A stretch of DNA of 64,000 bases from Octopus sinensis (taxonomy: Eukaryota): contig NC_042997.1 of assembly GCF_006345805.1 (NCBI RefSeq), forward strand, positions 152,830,001 to 152,894,000, given 5' to 3'. Each line of letters opens with the position of its first letter. The first letter of the stretch is position 1. Below the pieces are notes generated by a model. That model was not told the origin of the DNA. It made no database searches and was given only the letters and a program-made list of their open reading frames with translations. A program made the translations under genes and the position numbers. Of this stretch, positions 13,550-25,261 are shown in pieces.

Positions 13550-13555
13550 GATTAC
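12940..13555. repeat. Compound trinucleotide microsatellite (TTG, TTC, TAC, CAA, AAT)
   Basis: Direct reading. Confidence 0.95.
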
Positions 13556-13585
13556 TATTCATTCTTCTATTCATTATTGTTAGTA

Positions 13586-13760
13586 AGTTGGCGAGCTGGC
13601 AGAATCGTTTGTGCGCTAGAGTGGAATGCTTAGCAGCATTCCATCCGTCATTAAGTTCTGAATTCAAATTCCAGCGAGGTCGACGTTACCATTTATCCTT
13701 TACGAGTCGATAAAATAAGTGGCAGTCGGGTATTGAGGTCGACGTAGTCATTATCTTTAC
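13586..13760 (+). mobile_element. SINE family A, diverged
   Basis: GGCGAGCTGGCAGAATCG...AATTCAAATTCCAGCGAGGTCGAC. Confidence 0.8.
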
Positions 13761-13924
13761 AGTGAGCTTTTGAGCTTTGCTTTAATTTCGTTTTTATTTG
13801 TCCTTCCAACCACCAACCCAAAAAGTTATCTCAAGCTACTGTATGCACACAAACATTATGTAGAAACACATACACACACACACACGTGCATGTATACATG
13901 CATACATGCATATATATATATATA

Positions 13925-13973
<49 letters not shown>

Positions 13974-13977
13974 TCTC

Positions 13978-14292
13978 TTACTCTTTTACTTGTTTCAGTC
14001 GTTTGACTGCGGCCATGCTAGAGCACCACCTTTTAAGTCGAGCAAATCGACCCCCAGGACTTATTTTTTGTAAGCCTAGTACTTATTCTATCGGTCTCTT
14101 TTGCCGAACCGCTAAGTTACGGGGACGTATACACACCAGCATCGGTTGTCAAGCGATGTTGGGGGGACAAACACGGACACACAAACATATACACATACAC
14201 ATACATATATATATATACACATATATACGACGGGCTTCTTTCAGTTTCCGTCTACCAAATCCACTCACAAGAAGACACTTGCCCAAGGTGCC
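13978..14292 (-). mobile_element. SINE family B, partial
   Basis: Reverse complement of the family B 3' half and part of the head. Confidence 0.85.
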
Positions 14293-14844
14293 ATATATAT
14301 ACATATGAGTGTATGCATACGTGCATCAATGTGTATATGCATAAGTGTATGAATATATGTGTGTGTGTGTGTGTGCAAGTATGTATGTATATTTTTATAT
14401 ATAACTTTATATACTCATTAATCGGTGAACATTTGTAATTTGGCACACAATGACTGCGTGGTGTATGTCTATATATCTGTATGTGGGTAATGTGAGTGTA
14501 TGTGGGTATATGTGTGTGTGTGTGTGTGTGTAAAATATATGTGCTTGTGCGTGAGAGAGAGAAAGAGAGTATTATGTGTCTATGTGCGCCCGTGATGCAT
14601 GTGTATTTCCATGTGTACACCGACAGAAACTTACATACATGCATAGATAGGATTTCAAAATTTCCTTAGCGGCATAAAAGAGGCAAAAATAAACTGTTCA
14701 GAATAGTGTTTATTACTTATTGAATTGTGCTGTCTTGCAAAATTGTTGATGACTTCGAAGTTCCGCCGTTGTGGGATAAGCCCACAAATAGTCTAGAATT
14801 GACAGTGTATAAATATTTACATACATACATATATATGTATATGC

Positions 14845-15050
14845 GTGTGTATATGTTTGTGTGTCTGTGTTTATTCCCCCAACATCACTTGACAACCGAT
14901 GCTAGTGTGTTTACGTCCCCGTAACTTAGCGATTCGGTAAAATATTTCGATAGAATAAGTACTAGGCTTACAAAGAATCAGTCCCTGGGTCGATTTTCTC
15001 AACTAATGGCGGTGCTCCATAACTGAAACAAGCAAAAGAGTAAAAGAGTA
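14845..15050 (+). mobile_element. SINE family B, 3' half
   Basis: CAACATCACTTGACAACCGATG...GGCGGTGCTCCA. Confidence 0.8.
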
Positions 15051-15283
15051 ATATATACATACATAAATGAATATATATATATTATATATATATATGGATA
15101 TATATATGTGTGTGTATACATATATGTGTATATAAAATAATCAGATAGGAGAATGGAAATGAGAAATTAGATGCTTATTCCACTAGTTGACAGCTGTTTC
15201 ATAATCTATATTAGTTACATAATCGATATAGACATATATAAATACACTCAGATGTTTATATCTATCTACCCATCTATTTTATT

Positions 15284-15350
<67 letters not shown>

Positions 15351-15352
15351 AT

Positions 15353-15522
15353 AGGCGTAGGAGTGGCTGTGTGGTAAGTAGCTTGCTAACCAACTACATG
15401 GTTCTGGGTTCAGTCCCACTGCGTGGCATCTTGGGCAAGTGCCTTCTGCTATAGCCCCTGCCGACCAATGCCTTGTGAGTGGATTTGGTAGACGGAATCT
15501 GAAAGAAGCCTGTCGTATATAT

Positions 15523-15560
<38 letters not shown>

Positions 15561-15765
15561 TTGTGTGTCTGTGTTTTCCCCCTAGCATTGCTTGACAACC
15601 GATGCTGGTGTGTTTACGTCCCCGTCACTTAGCAGTTCGGCAAAAAGAGACCGATAGAATAAGTACTGGGCTTACAAAGAATAAGTCCCGGGGTCGATTT
15701 GCTCGACTAAAGGCGGTGCTCCAGCATGGCCACAGTCAAATGACTGAAACAAGTAAAAGTAAAAG
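15353..15765 (+). mobile_element. SINE family B, full length
   Basis: GGCGTAGGAGTGGCTGTGTGG through GACTGAAACAAGTAAAAGTAAAAG. Confidence 0.92.
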
Positions 15766-15768
15766 TAA

Positions 15769-15802
<34 letters not shown>

Positions 15803-16446
15803 TCGTGAGTTTTCTCGTTAAAAAACCTGAATTTCCGAATCTAAATAAATAAACGCTGCTAATTTCGGAGTATTGCATGTGTAAATGAGTGAGAAAATGT
15901 GTGTGTGTGTGTGCATGTGTATATGTGTGTATCTGTGTCTGTAAGTATCTTTGAGTCTAATGTGAGAGTATATTACAAGAATGCCATGTTTACGAATTTT
16001 TGCGTGTAAAGTTCGGATATCTACGTAATGGAGTGTCTATAACTAATGAATCGTCGCTTTCTCGTGTCTGTGACTCTTGTGCTCGCGGTCATGCGTGTTT
16101 ATGTAACGAAATGCTTGTCTGACTGTGCTATATATATTTTAGTTCGCGGAAATAAATGCTCGTTCATGGTCTCGTATTTAAAAAATTATGTTTGTATGAT
16201 ATTCGTCACTAAGTATTTGTGTGCACATTGTAAACCATGTGTGTATGTGTTACCGTGTAGGAGGTTGTGCATTTTCAGTCTCTATAGGGAGTGTACGACA
16301 AAATTTAAAATTGTCTTAGCCCACAGCTAGTCTCACAGTTTCGACTAATCACCCTCTGTAGTTGCATCGTGACTAAAGTAAATTAAAAGAAAAATATCTA
16401 ATGGGAATTTGTAATGAATTAGCAAAAAAAAATGCACATTTTGTCT

Positions 16447-16461
16447 CTGATAAATATATAA

Positions 16462-16528
<67 letters not shown>

Positions 16529-16804
16529 TTATATACGTGTGAGTGTATGTGTATATACAAGATTGTATTGACTGTGTATGCATATATGAATAAATATATA
16601 TATTCATACACACATTCATACATGTATATATATATATACATATATGTATATATATACATATATATATATATATATGCATATATATGTATATTTGTATATA
16701 CATATATACATATATATATGTATATATATGTATATATGTATATATATGTATAAATACATATATGTATATATGTATATATATATATATATACACGTATGTA
16801 TATA

Positions 16805-16880
<76 letters not shown>
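16447..16880. repeat. Long (TA)n-rich microsatellite
   Basis: Direct reading; source of many IYIY ORFs. Confidence 0.97.
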
Positions 16881-16884
<4 letters not shown>

Positions 16885-16974
16885 GCGGAAACGGAGTGAT
16901 AGTAATCGACCAAAAAAGCACAATAGCCCACTGAATAATCAGCCAAGTAATTTTTTTTTTTTTTTTTTTTTTTT

Positions 16975-17192
16975 GTACTTGTTTCAGTCATTTGACTGCG
17001 GCCATGCTGGAGCACCGCCTTTAGAGTGGTGAAAGAGTACAGCAGGGAACACCACCATCCCCTGCCGGAGCCTTGTGGAGCTTTTAGGTGTTTTCGCTCA
17101 ATAAACACACACAACGCCCGGTCTGGGAATCAAAACCGCGATCCTCCGACCGCAAGTCCGCTGCCCTAACCACTGGGCCATTGCGCCTCCAC
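16975..17192 (-). mobile_element. Chimeric SINE: family D head joined to family B 3' tail
   Basis: 17023-17192 matches the head of 25832-26224; 16975-17022 matches the family B terminal tail. Confidence 0.75.
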
Positions 17193-17413
17193 AAATTAAT
17201 GAGAAAATTAATGAGAAAAAAAAATTGTTTAACTCTTTACGTCTGAAGACATAAAGTGCAGTCTTTGATGGAATTTCTCATAGGTGTTGAATACATACAT
17301 ACAAAGAAAAGTGCATTTGAGCAGACACCGGCACAGACACACGCACATTAACACACGTTATTTATGAGTATGTACAATTGTATATATCTGTAAGTAGATG
17401 TACTTACATGTGC

Positions 17414-17457
<44 letters not shown>

Positions 17458-17476
17458 ATATATATAGTTAATGCAA

Positions 17477-17660
17477 ACAAGAAAGCACAAAAACACACAA
17501 CAACGCGAGGACGTGGAACAAATATAGTATTATTGGACGCTCAGGAAAGAAGGAGGGTTTAACGTTTCGAGCGGAGCTCTTCGTCGGAAACATAGGAGAA
17601 GGAAAGATCCAGAGAAGGGAAGACAGAGGAAAAAAATCGCCAACGGTACACACGAGGTCA
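17477..17660 (-). mobile_element. Short non-autonomous PLE-like repeat with hammerhead motif (family H2)
   Basis: Near-identical to 52828-53020; both sit in TA/CA microsatellite. Confidence 0.7.
17557..17591 (-). ncRNA. Minimal type-I hammerhead motif, U4C core
   Basis: Minus strand gttt-CCGACGA-a-gagc/tcc/gctc-GAAA-cg-TT-aaac. Confidence 0.55.
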
Positions 17661-17787
17661 CACACATATATATATATATATATATAATATATATATATAA
17701 TATATATATATTATATATAATATATATATACATATATATTTGTACAGGTGTATATATATGTATGTATACACACACACACACTCACAG

Positions 17788-17827
<40 letters not shown>

Positions 17828-18036
17828 TTATACGCATACACATGTACATTATATATAAATATGTGAGCGTGTGTTTGTCTGCAGACTAGCTTGAGGATAC
17901 CGTACACTCACTTGTAGAGCTAAGAGAAACCCAAAAACTGACTCAACCAAAATATGTATACGTATGTATGTATCTATGCATATTTGTATGTGTGTGTGTG
18001 TATACACATATGCACGCCCACACACACATATTATAT

Positions 18037-18208
18037 AGGCGCAGGTGTGGCTGTGTGGTAGGTAACTTGCTTACCAAGCACATGGTTCCGGGTTTAGTCT
18101 CAGTGCGTGGCTCCTTGAGCAAGTGTCTTCTACTATAGCCTCGCGCCGACCAAGGCCTTTTGAGTGGATTTGGTAAATGGAACTGAAAGAGTCCCGTCGT
18201 ATATATAC

Positions 18209-18274
<66 letters not shown>

Positions 18275-18505
18275 TATATACATGTGTGTGTATATGTTTG
18301 TGTGTCTGTTTTGTCCAACCAACATCGCTTGACAACCGATGCTGTTGTGTTTACGTCACAGTAACTTAGCGGTTCGGCAAAATAGACCGATAAAATAAGT
18401 ACTAGGCTTACAATGAATAAGTTCTGAGGTTGATTTGCTTTACTTAAGGTTGTCTCCATCATGGCCGCAGTAAAACGACGGAAACAAATAAGAGAATAAA
18501 AGAAT
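18037..18505 (+). mobile_element. SINE family B, full length
   Basis: Head GGCGCAGGTGTGGCTGTGTGG, internal (TA)n, 3' tail. Confidence 0.9.
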
Positions 18506-19735
18506 AGAATACATAGATATATGGATGTATGTATATATGTATGTATATATGTATGTATGTGTGTATGTATGTATGTGTGTATGTATGTATGTATATATGT
18601 ATGTATGCATGAATGTATGTGTTGTGTATGTATGTATGTGTGTATATATGTATGTATATATGTATAAGTGTATGTATGTATATATATATATATAATATAT
18701 ACTCACATATATTTATACATAAACATATACATATGTGTATATACATATGTATCTATTTGTGTGTGTGTGTGTGTGTGCCTAAAATTCCAATTTTTGAGAG
18801 TGCTTGGTGTGCTTAAGCTTGCATGGATATCAGAGCGAACTGCTTTTCCTCTATATTGTTGTATTGAGCATTGTACTAAGCATTCTTTTGATATAAATAT
18901 ACATCGAAATCTCTACTGCAAACTACACTTTCGCACACAGGATAATCAGCCTGTACTTGATGCCCCTATCTCTGAGAAAACATGTGCTCTTTATGATCGT
19001 ACGTTTGTTAAGATTTCTTTTTTACAGGAACTGTAATGTCCAATACCTCATACTGACTAGCAGATTGAAACCGTGCAGAGATATTCAAACACCATGTGTG
19101 TTAATTTATAATGGCTGCTATTGTAAAAGAATTTTAAGAATAAAATCAGAATAACATCAAGACAATCATTGACTGAGATACGAATCAAGAAATTTATTTT
19201 CGCATTTCGACTTTCATTTAACAGCCATTACGCAGGAAAGTTGAAGTTATCGTTTAAATTTATTGTTCGATTTTGTTCCAGTTTGGTCATATTGCCGGTA
19301 GAATTTAAGTGAGTAGCGAGTTACTACCTGTAAGCTTATCCCTAAACTTTCCATAATCAAAAGTGCTCAAAATCCTTCTGATTAATCTTTTCTGTTCCTA
19401 AGAGGTAAATTTTCTGTAGAAGCTCTACCGTTCATTCCATTTCATTCTCCATCGACCATTTGTCTATATCATTACTCACAGTTCCTAATGAACCAATTAT
19501 TACAGATACAACCATCTCAGTTTTCATATTACGAATTCTTACAATTTCAAATTACGAGGTATCGTATCTCTTTTTTTCTCTATTCTTTTCTGTCCTTGTA
19601 TCTCTATTGTTTTCGGTCCTTACAATCCTTGAATCAAACGGACATTCTTCTTCTTCTTCTTCTTCTTCTTCTTCTTTCTTCTTCTTCTTCTCTTCTTCTT
19701 CTTCTACTTATTATTATTATTATATATTATTATTA

Positions 19736-19766
<31 letters not shown>

Positions 19767-20389
19767 GAGTGAGAGAGCAGTTCATGCCATCAAAGTGACA
19801 CTGGGGTAAAATATACGAAGCCCAATATACCCATCATGACTACCCGTCTGATAAAGGTACACCAGGCACATGCATCACAACCATATGTGCGCGACATGGT
19901 GATCTCATATCAAGATAAACAGCACATGACCTTGCAGGTGGGGCCCAGTTAGAATTTTCTTCAGGTTGAGTAGCCCATCCCGCTCACAAGGTCCCTGAAT
20001 AAGGGTTGTTTAAGGATGTTGAAAGAACCACCCATGTTTCCAGAAGTGAACTATTCAAACCCCAAAGAATCCCTCTCAACACATGGCTATGATGCTCCCC
20101 CACTACTTCTGCTCGTGATCAGAGATGCACATATCGTCAGCCACTAAGGGACATGCTCAACTGGTTAAGGTCAAACAACTGACAAGCAAATCTGTGGTAT
20201 TGAGCAGAATATTTGCTGTAGCCCATCTTTTATACCAAGACAAAACAATGTACATGATGACACTTCCAATCAGTTAAGATCAGAAGCCATGAGAGCCACT
20301 ATAAACAGCACATGACCTTGGAGGTGGGGCCCAGTTAGAATTTTCTTCAGGTTGAGTAGCCCATCCCGCTCAAACGGTCTCTGAATAAG

Positions 20390-20428
<39 letters not shown>

Positions 20429-20896
20429 TGAGAGAGCAGTTCATGCCATCAAAGTGACACTGGGGTAAAATATGCGAAGCCCAATATACCCATCATGACT
20501 ACACGTCTGATAAAGGTACAGCAGGCACATGCATCACAACCATATGTGCGCGACATGGTGATCTCATATCAAGATAAACAGCACATGACCTTGCAGGTGG
20601 GGCCCAGTTAGAATTTTCTTCAGGTTGAGTAGCCCATCCCGCTCAAAAGGTCCCTGAATAAGGGTTGTTTAAGGATGTTGAAAGAACCACCCATGTTTCC
20701 AGAAGTGAATTATTCAAACCCCAAAGAATCCCTCTCAACACATGGCTATGATGCTCCCCCACTACTTCTGCTCGTGATCAGAGATGCACATATCGTCAGC
20801 CACTAAGGGACATACTCAACTGGTTAAGGTCAAACAACTGACAAGCAAATCTGTGGTATTGAGCAGAATATTTGCTGTAGCCCATCTTTTATACCA
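19767..20896 (-). mobile_element. Non-coding ~530-nt element, 2.2 copies, embedded in (TAA)n
   Basis: Copy 1 19767-20300, partial internal duplicate 20301-20389, copy 2 20430-20896; copies highly similar; flanked by TTA tracts; no ORF. Confidence 0.8.
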
Positions 20897-20913
20897 GTAA
20901 TTATTATTATTAA

Positions 20914-20967
<54 letters not shown>

Positions 20968-21057
20968 CATTATTATTTTTGCTGTTATTGTCATTATTGT
21001 TGTTGTTGTTGTTATTGTTGCTGTTGTTGTTATTATTATTCTCATTATTATTATTGT

Positions 21058-21203
21058 AAGGCGACAAGACGAATATAAAGGAGATTGGAATAGAATGCCT
21101 AGTAGAACTATAAAGCTGAAAAGAACGGATAGGCTGCAGGTAGCAAGCCCGCTACCCATGCAAAATTCCAGGAGTTCCAACAAAACCTGTGATAAAAATA
21201 TGT
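21058..21203 (+). mobile_element. R4/Dong-clade 3'-end fragment (lineage B) with internal deletion
   Basis: Matches 22245-22460 (KEIGIECLVEL and 3' UTR GGCTGCAGGTAG...AACAAAACCTGTGA), followed by (TAA)n. Confidence 0.75.
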
Positions 21204-21268
21204 AATGATAATAATAATAATAATAATGATAATAATAATAATAATAATAATAATTATTATTATTATTA

Positions 21269-21310
<42 letters not shown>

Positions 21311-21311
<1 letters not shown>

Positions 21312-22462
21312 GGCGCTCGAATCCTAAAGTGGGCAGAGAAGGAGCTAAAGTAGATGGACAGGAAGTCAACAAAGTTCCTAACGATGCATGGAGCCCATCA
21401 TCCACGTGCAGACACTGATCACCTATACGAGAAGAATGCAAATAGAGGAAGGGGACTGATAAGTGTGGATGACGGTGTGTATTGAACTCGAGAGCTTAAT
21501 GAGATACCTAGCCCAAAGTAAGGAAACCTTGGTAATGACAGTTAAAAACGATGGAGTATTGAAAGCAGAGACAAAAGAAGAAACAAAGGAAGAATTACAA
21601 AAAGAACATGAAGAAGAATTACAATCAATTCCATGTAACCACAACAGAAGTTGCTAGAAAAATAGGTACTATTGGCTGATGAAAGGAACCTTTAAAGAAA
21701 AGTGAGACCGCGAGAGAGCACTGTACTGGCAGGGCAAGACCAAGCATTGGTCACAAACAGGAGGCTTAACCTTAGGAATGTGCAAGTGTCACCGCTGTAC
21801 TACATCTGCAGCAGAGTAGATGAAATTATTGTCCATAACATGAACGAATGCCCAAGACTTGTCATAAACCACTACAAATTGTGGCGACACGATCAGGTAG
21901 CGAAAGTGCCGCATTGGAAACTGTGCGAAGAGTGGAGGGTAGTGAGAGGCAAGACGTAGTATGAGCGCAAACTTCAGAGAGTGGCAGAGTCGGAGACTAG
22001 CAAAATTCTCTGGGATTTCCCAACCCAAACAGATCAGGTGCTAAAGCATAACAGACCGAACTTAGTGGTGGTGTGCAAGGTGCACCACATATGCTATATT
22101 GTGGATGCATGCCCCTTTGACTCACGAATAGTCAAGAAGGAAGGCGAAAAGATAGATAGATACAACACACTTAAATATGAAATTGACCGGATATGGAAAA
22201 TGAAGACGGTGAAGATAGTGCCAATTATTGTTGGATCTTTGGGAACAGTATCAGAAGGCACCGAGAGGAATATCAAGGAAATTGAAATAGAGTGCCCTGT
22301 AGAACTGCTACAAAACCTTTGCTTCCTTGCCACGGCCTGAATAATCAGGAAAGCATTAGATAGCTGAAAAGAACGAATAGCACGATAACGTAGGCTGCAG
22401 GTAGTAAGCCCGCTATGTGTGTCAGACTCCATGAGCTCCAACAAAACCTGTGAAAAAGAGAA
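21311..22462 (+). pseudogene. R4/Dong-clade non-LTR retrotransposon, 5'-truncated and degenerate (lineage B)
   Basis: Frame-broken MHGAHHPRADTDHLY..GRGL, LAGQDQAL, ILWDFPTQTDQVLKHNRPNLVV, CPFDSRIVKKEGEKIDRY, VPIIVGSLG = RT C-terminus plus restriction-like endonuclease; (AAT)n tail. Confidence 0.88.
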
Positions 22463-22519
<57 letters not shown>

Positions 22520-22521
<2 letters not shown>

Positions 22522-22943
22522 CTACAACAAAGGAACTTGTTTGTTAATAGATATGTCTGTCCCACAAGATCAAAATGTCTCAAGAAAAGAATACGAAAAA
22601 CTTTATCACTATAAATATCTTCAAATTGAAATCACAAAAATGTGGAAGCTTAGTACTACGATTACATCAGTGGTATTTGGTGCATTGGGAATGATAAAGA
22701 AGTGAGCTGAGGTTATATTAAGCAACTCCCTAGTAACTCCAATTTCCGTGAACCACAAAAGATAAGCTTGATGGGTATGGCTCATATACAACGGAAAGCA
22801 CTCTCGATATAAAATGGAATAAAAGTGGTAATAATTTTAGCAACAATACCAAAGCAAAAGTTCCCTTGCTACTGTTGGCCTCCGGAGGATACCCAGTGTT
22901 AAGACAGCTGAAATAAAGTTATAATGAAAGGAAGCCATTAACG
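22520..22943 (+). pseudogene. R4/Dong-clade endonuclease/3' UTR fragment (lineage C)
   Basis: Translates DYNKGTCLLIDMSVPQDQNVSRKEYEKLYHYKYLQIEITKMWKL...GALGMIKK; (TAA)n both sides. Confidence 0.8.
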
Positions 22944-22963
22944 ATAACAACAACAACAACAAC

Positions 22964-23016
<53 letters not shown>

Positions 23017-23056
23017 TAATGATGAGTATGATGATGATGATAATAATAATAATAAT

Positions 23057-23208
23057 GTTAAGGCTATGAAGCAGATAGAAGAGACAGGCTATTAGTACTT
23101 GGGGATTTCGGAAATGGATAAATTGTTGAGAAAGAAATGACAGAAGGTGGAGTACTTTTTCTCAGACTGAGACTGATACTTAAGTCGAAATTACACAGTA
23201 CAATAGGG
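23057..23208 (+). pseudogene. R4/Dong-clade RT thumb fragment (lineage D)
   Basis: GY*YLGI (YKYLG-like) and LRLILKSKL motifs after (TAA)n. Confidence 0.6.
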
Positions 23209-24038
23209 TCAGTTAGGCACTGCCTGTGAGAAAAACAGCACCATGACGCAATTCAGTCTGCTAGAAATTTGGAAGCTACATACTGTACTGCTTGGCATTC
23301 GCGCCGGAAGCTCCAATTCGAACATTTCAGGGTGTTTGGTTGTCAATCTGAAGAGAGTGCAATTTGAGGACGTACTGAGAGTGATAAAAATCAAACAGCC
23401 AATTAACATCATGGTGTTTGGAGTGATTATTAGTGATAGCATTATTATGCCTCTATTCATCTTCCGACACGGCTTCACACTCAACATGGAGGCCGACATC
23501 AAGTGCCGGGAGGGGGTAGCGCTATCCTGGGTAAAGAGGGTGGCTACTTATATCTGGGTAAAGAGGGTGGCTACTTATGTCTGGGTAAAGGGGGTGGCTA
23601 CTTATGTCTGGCAATAGGACTTTGCACCATGCCACACAAGTAGGAGAACTCAGTCATGGCTGTCAGACAATTTCTACGACCATATCACCCCTAAAGTCTG
23701 GCCATCTAACTACCCAGACTGCAACCACCTTGATTATTATGTGTAGGGCACAGCTGAGCGATAGACCAACAAAATTCCTCGTAACATCATAGATGAACTA
23801 AAGACAAGGATTATGGCAGCATTTACCAACATAAAAAAAGAGATTGTCCAGAAGAGTTGCAGGAGATTCGGAAGTCGTCTGGGGGTCGTGCTTGAAGCCA
23901 GTGGCGAACTTACTGGCAAAATTTAGTCTTTAGTATTTCACGATATGTAATTTTGGTAAATATATCAGTTAAAATGAGATGTCAGCGTTATTTTCATTTT
24001 TGCGTAATTTAGACGACAGTTTATTCACCGCACCCTGT

Positions 24039-24039
<1 letters not shown>
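23209..24039 (+). pseudogene. Tc1/mariner DD37D (maT-type) transposase relic, internally deleted
   Basis: YVWQ*DFAPCHTS...WPSNYPDCNHLDYYV*G with 37 residues between the two Asp; N-terminal MTQFSLLEIWKLH retained; right terminus ...CACCGCACCCTG followed by TA at 24038-24039. Confidence 0.85.
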
Positions 24040-24080
<41 letters not shown>

Positions 24081-24104
24081 TATATATGGATAGATGGATG
24101 GATG

Positions 24105-24170
<66 letters not shown>

Positions 24171-24183
24171 CAGACAGATAAAC

Positions 24184-24262
<79 letters not shown>

Positions 24263-24416
24263 GGAGCAAACAATTCACCAGAAAAATAATTCACGAAAAA
24301 TTAATTTGCAAAGATATCATTAATTCTGTTATTATCCAATGTAACTATTTTTTAAAAAAATGAAAAATAACAGAATCAATAATATAGATGATTGCAGTCC
24401 CCAAAAAATCGATCAA

Positions 24417-24481
<65 letters not shown>

Positions 24482-24577
24482 CACACATAAGTGTTGTATA
24501 TATGAATTTTCTTGTGATTTACCTTACATCTAATTTGCCTTGTTCTGGCCTTACCCAAGAATTATATATATATATAA

Positions 24578-25136
24578 CCCTGTTCGAAGGTTTATAATGG
24601 ACGCAGGTTGTGAGTCAAATAGCTAGCTTGAGGCGGTGGCCTCTTGGAGCTAATCAGCGACAGCTTTAGTCTTATATTTATAAGACTGCCATATCAGTAT
24701 GGCGATAACTATTAATTTCCAGTAACGCTGCCGTAATCTCCTTTAGAGAGACTTAGTAGTTTTAATATTTCTATTATTGAAAACAAGTGGATGTATTCCA
24801 CTGAAACTAGGTAAATAGATTCTTCGAACAGGGACAGGCAGTAGCGACACCTGCTGGGTCTGGCTACGCTGTATTGATAAAGGGCAAATACCCTGAAACA
24901 TGTCTGCAGCTGTCTGACTGACAGGATGAAGCGGCTGACCTCCCCTGTTCGAAGGTTTATAATGGACGCAGGTTGTGTGTCAAATAGCTAGCTTGAGGCG
25001 GTGGCCTCTTGGAGCTAATCAGCGACAGCTTTAGTCTTATATTTATAAGACTGTCATATTAGTATGGCGATAACTATTAATTTCCAGTAACGCTGCTGTA
25101 ATCTCCTTTAGAGAGACTTAGTAATTTTAATATTTC

Positions 25137-25141
<5 letters not shown>
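24578..25141 (+). mobile_element. 365-bp tandem unit (1.55 copies) with hammerhead; retrozyme-like
   Basis: CCCTGTTCGAAGG at 24578 and 24943; second copy stops at about 25141; (TA)n on both sides; no ORF; many hairpins. Confidence 0.75.
24868..24910 (+). ncRNA. Type-I hammerhead ribozyme motif with U3:A8 variant core
   Basis: gctgta-TTGATAA-aggg/caaata/ccct-GAAA-catg-TC-tgcagc: 6-bp stem I, 4-bp stem II, ACATGT palindromic stem III, GUC cleavage after 24904. Confidence 0.72.
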
Positions 25142-25174
<33 letters not shown>

Positions 25175-25261
25175 TATATAATATATATATATATATGAGC
25201 GTATGTGTATGTAATTTTTTGTGTATGTATATTTTTGTTCGTGTGTGTATCGTTGTAGTTA

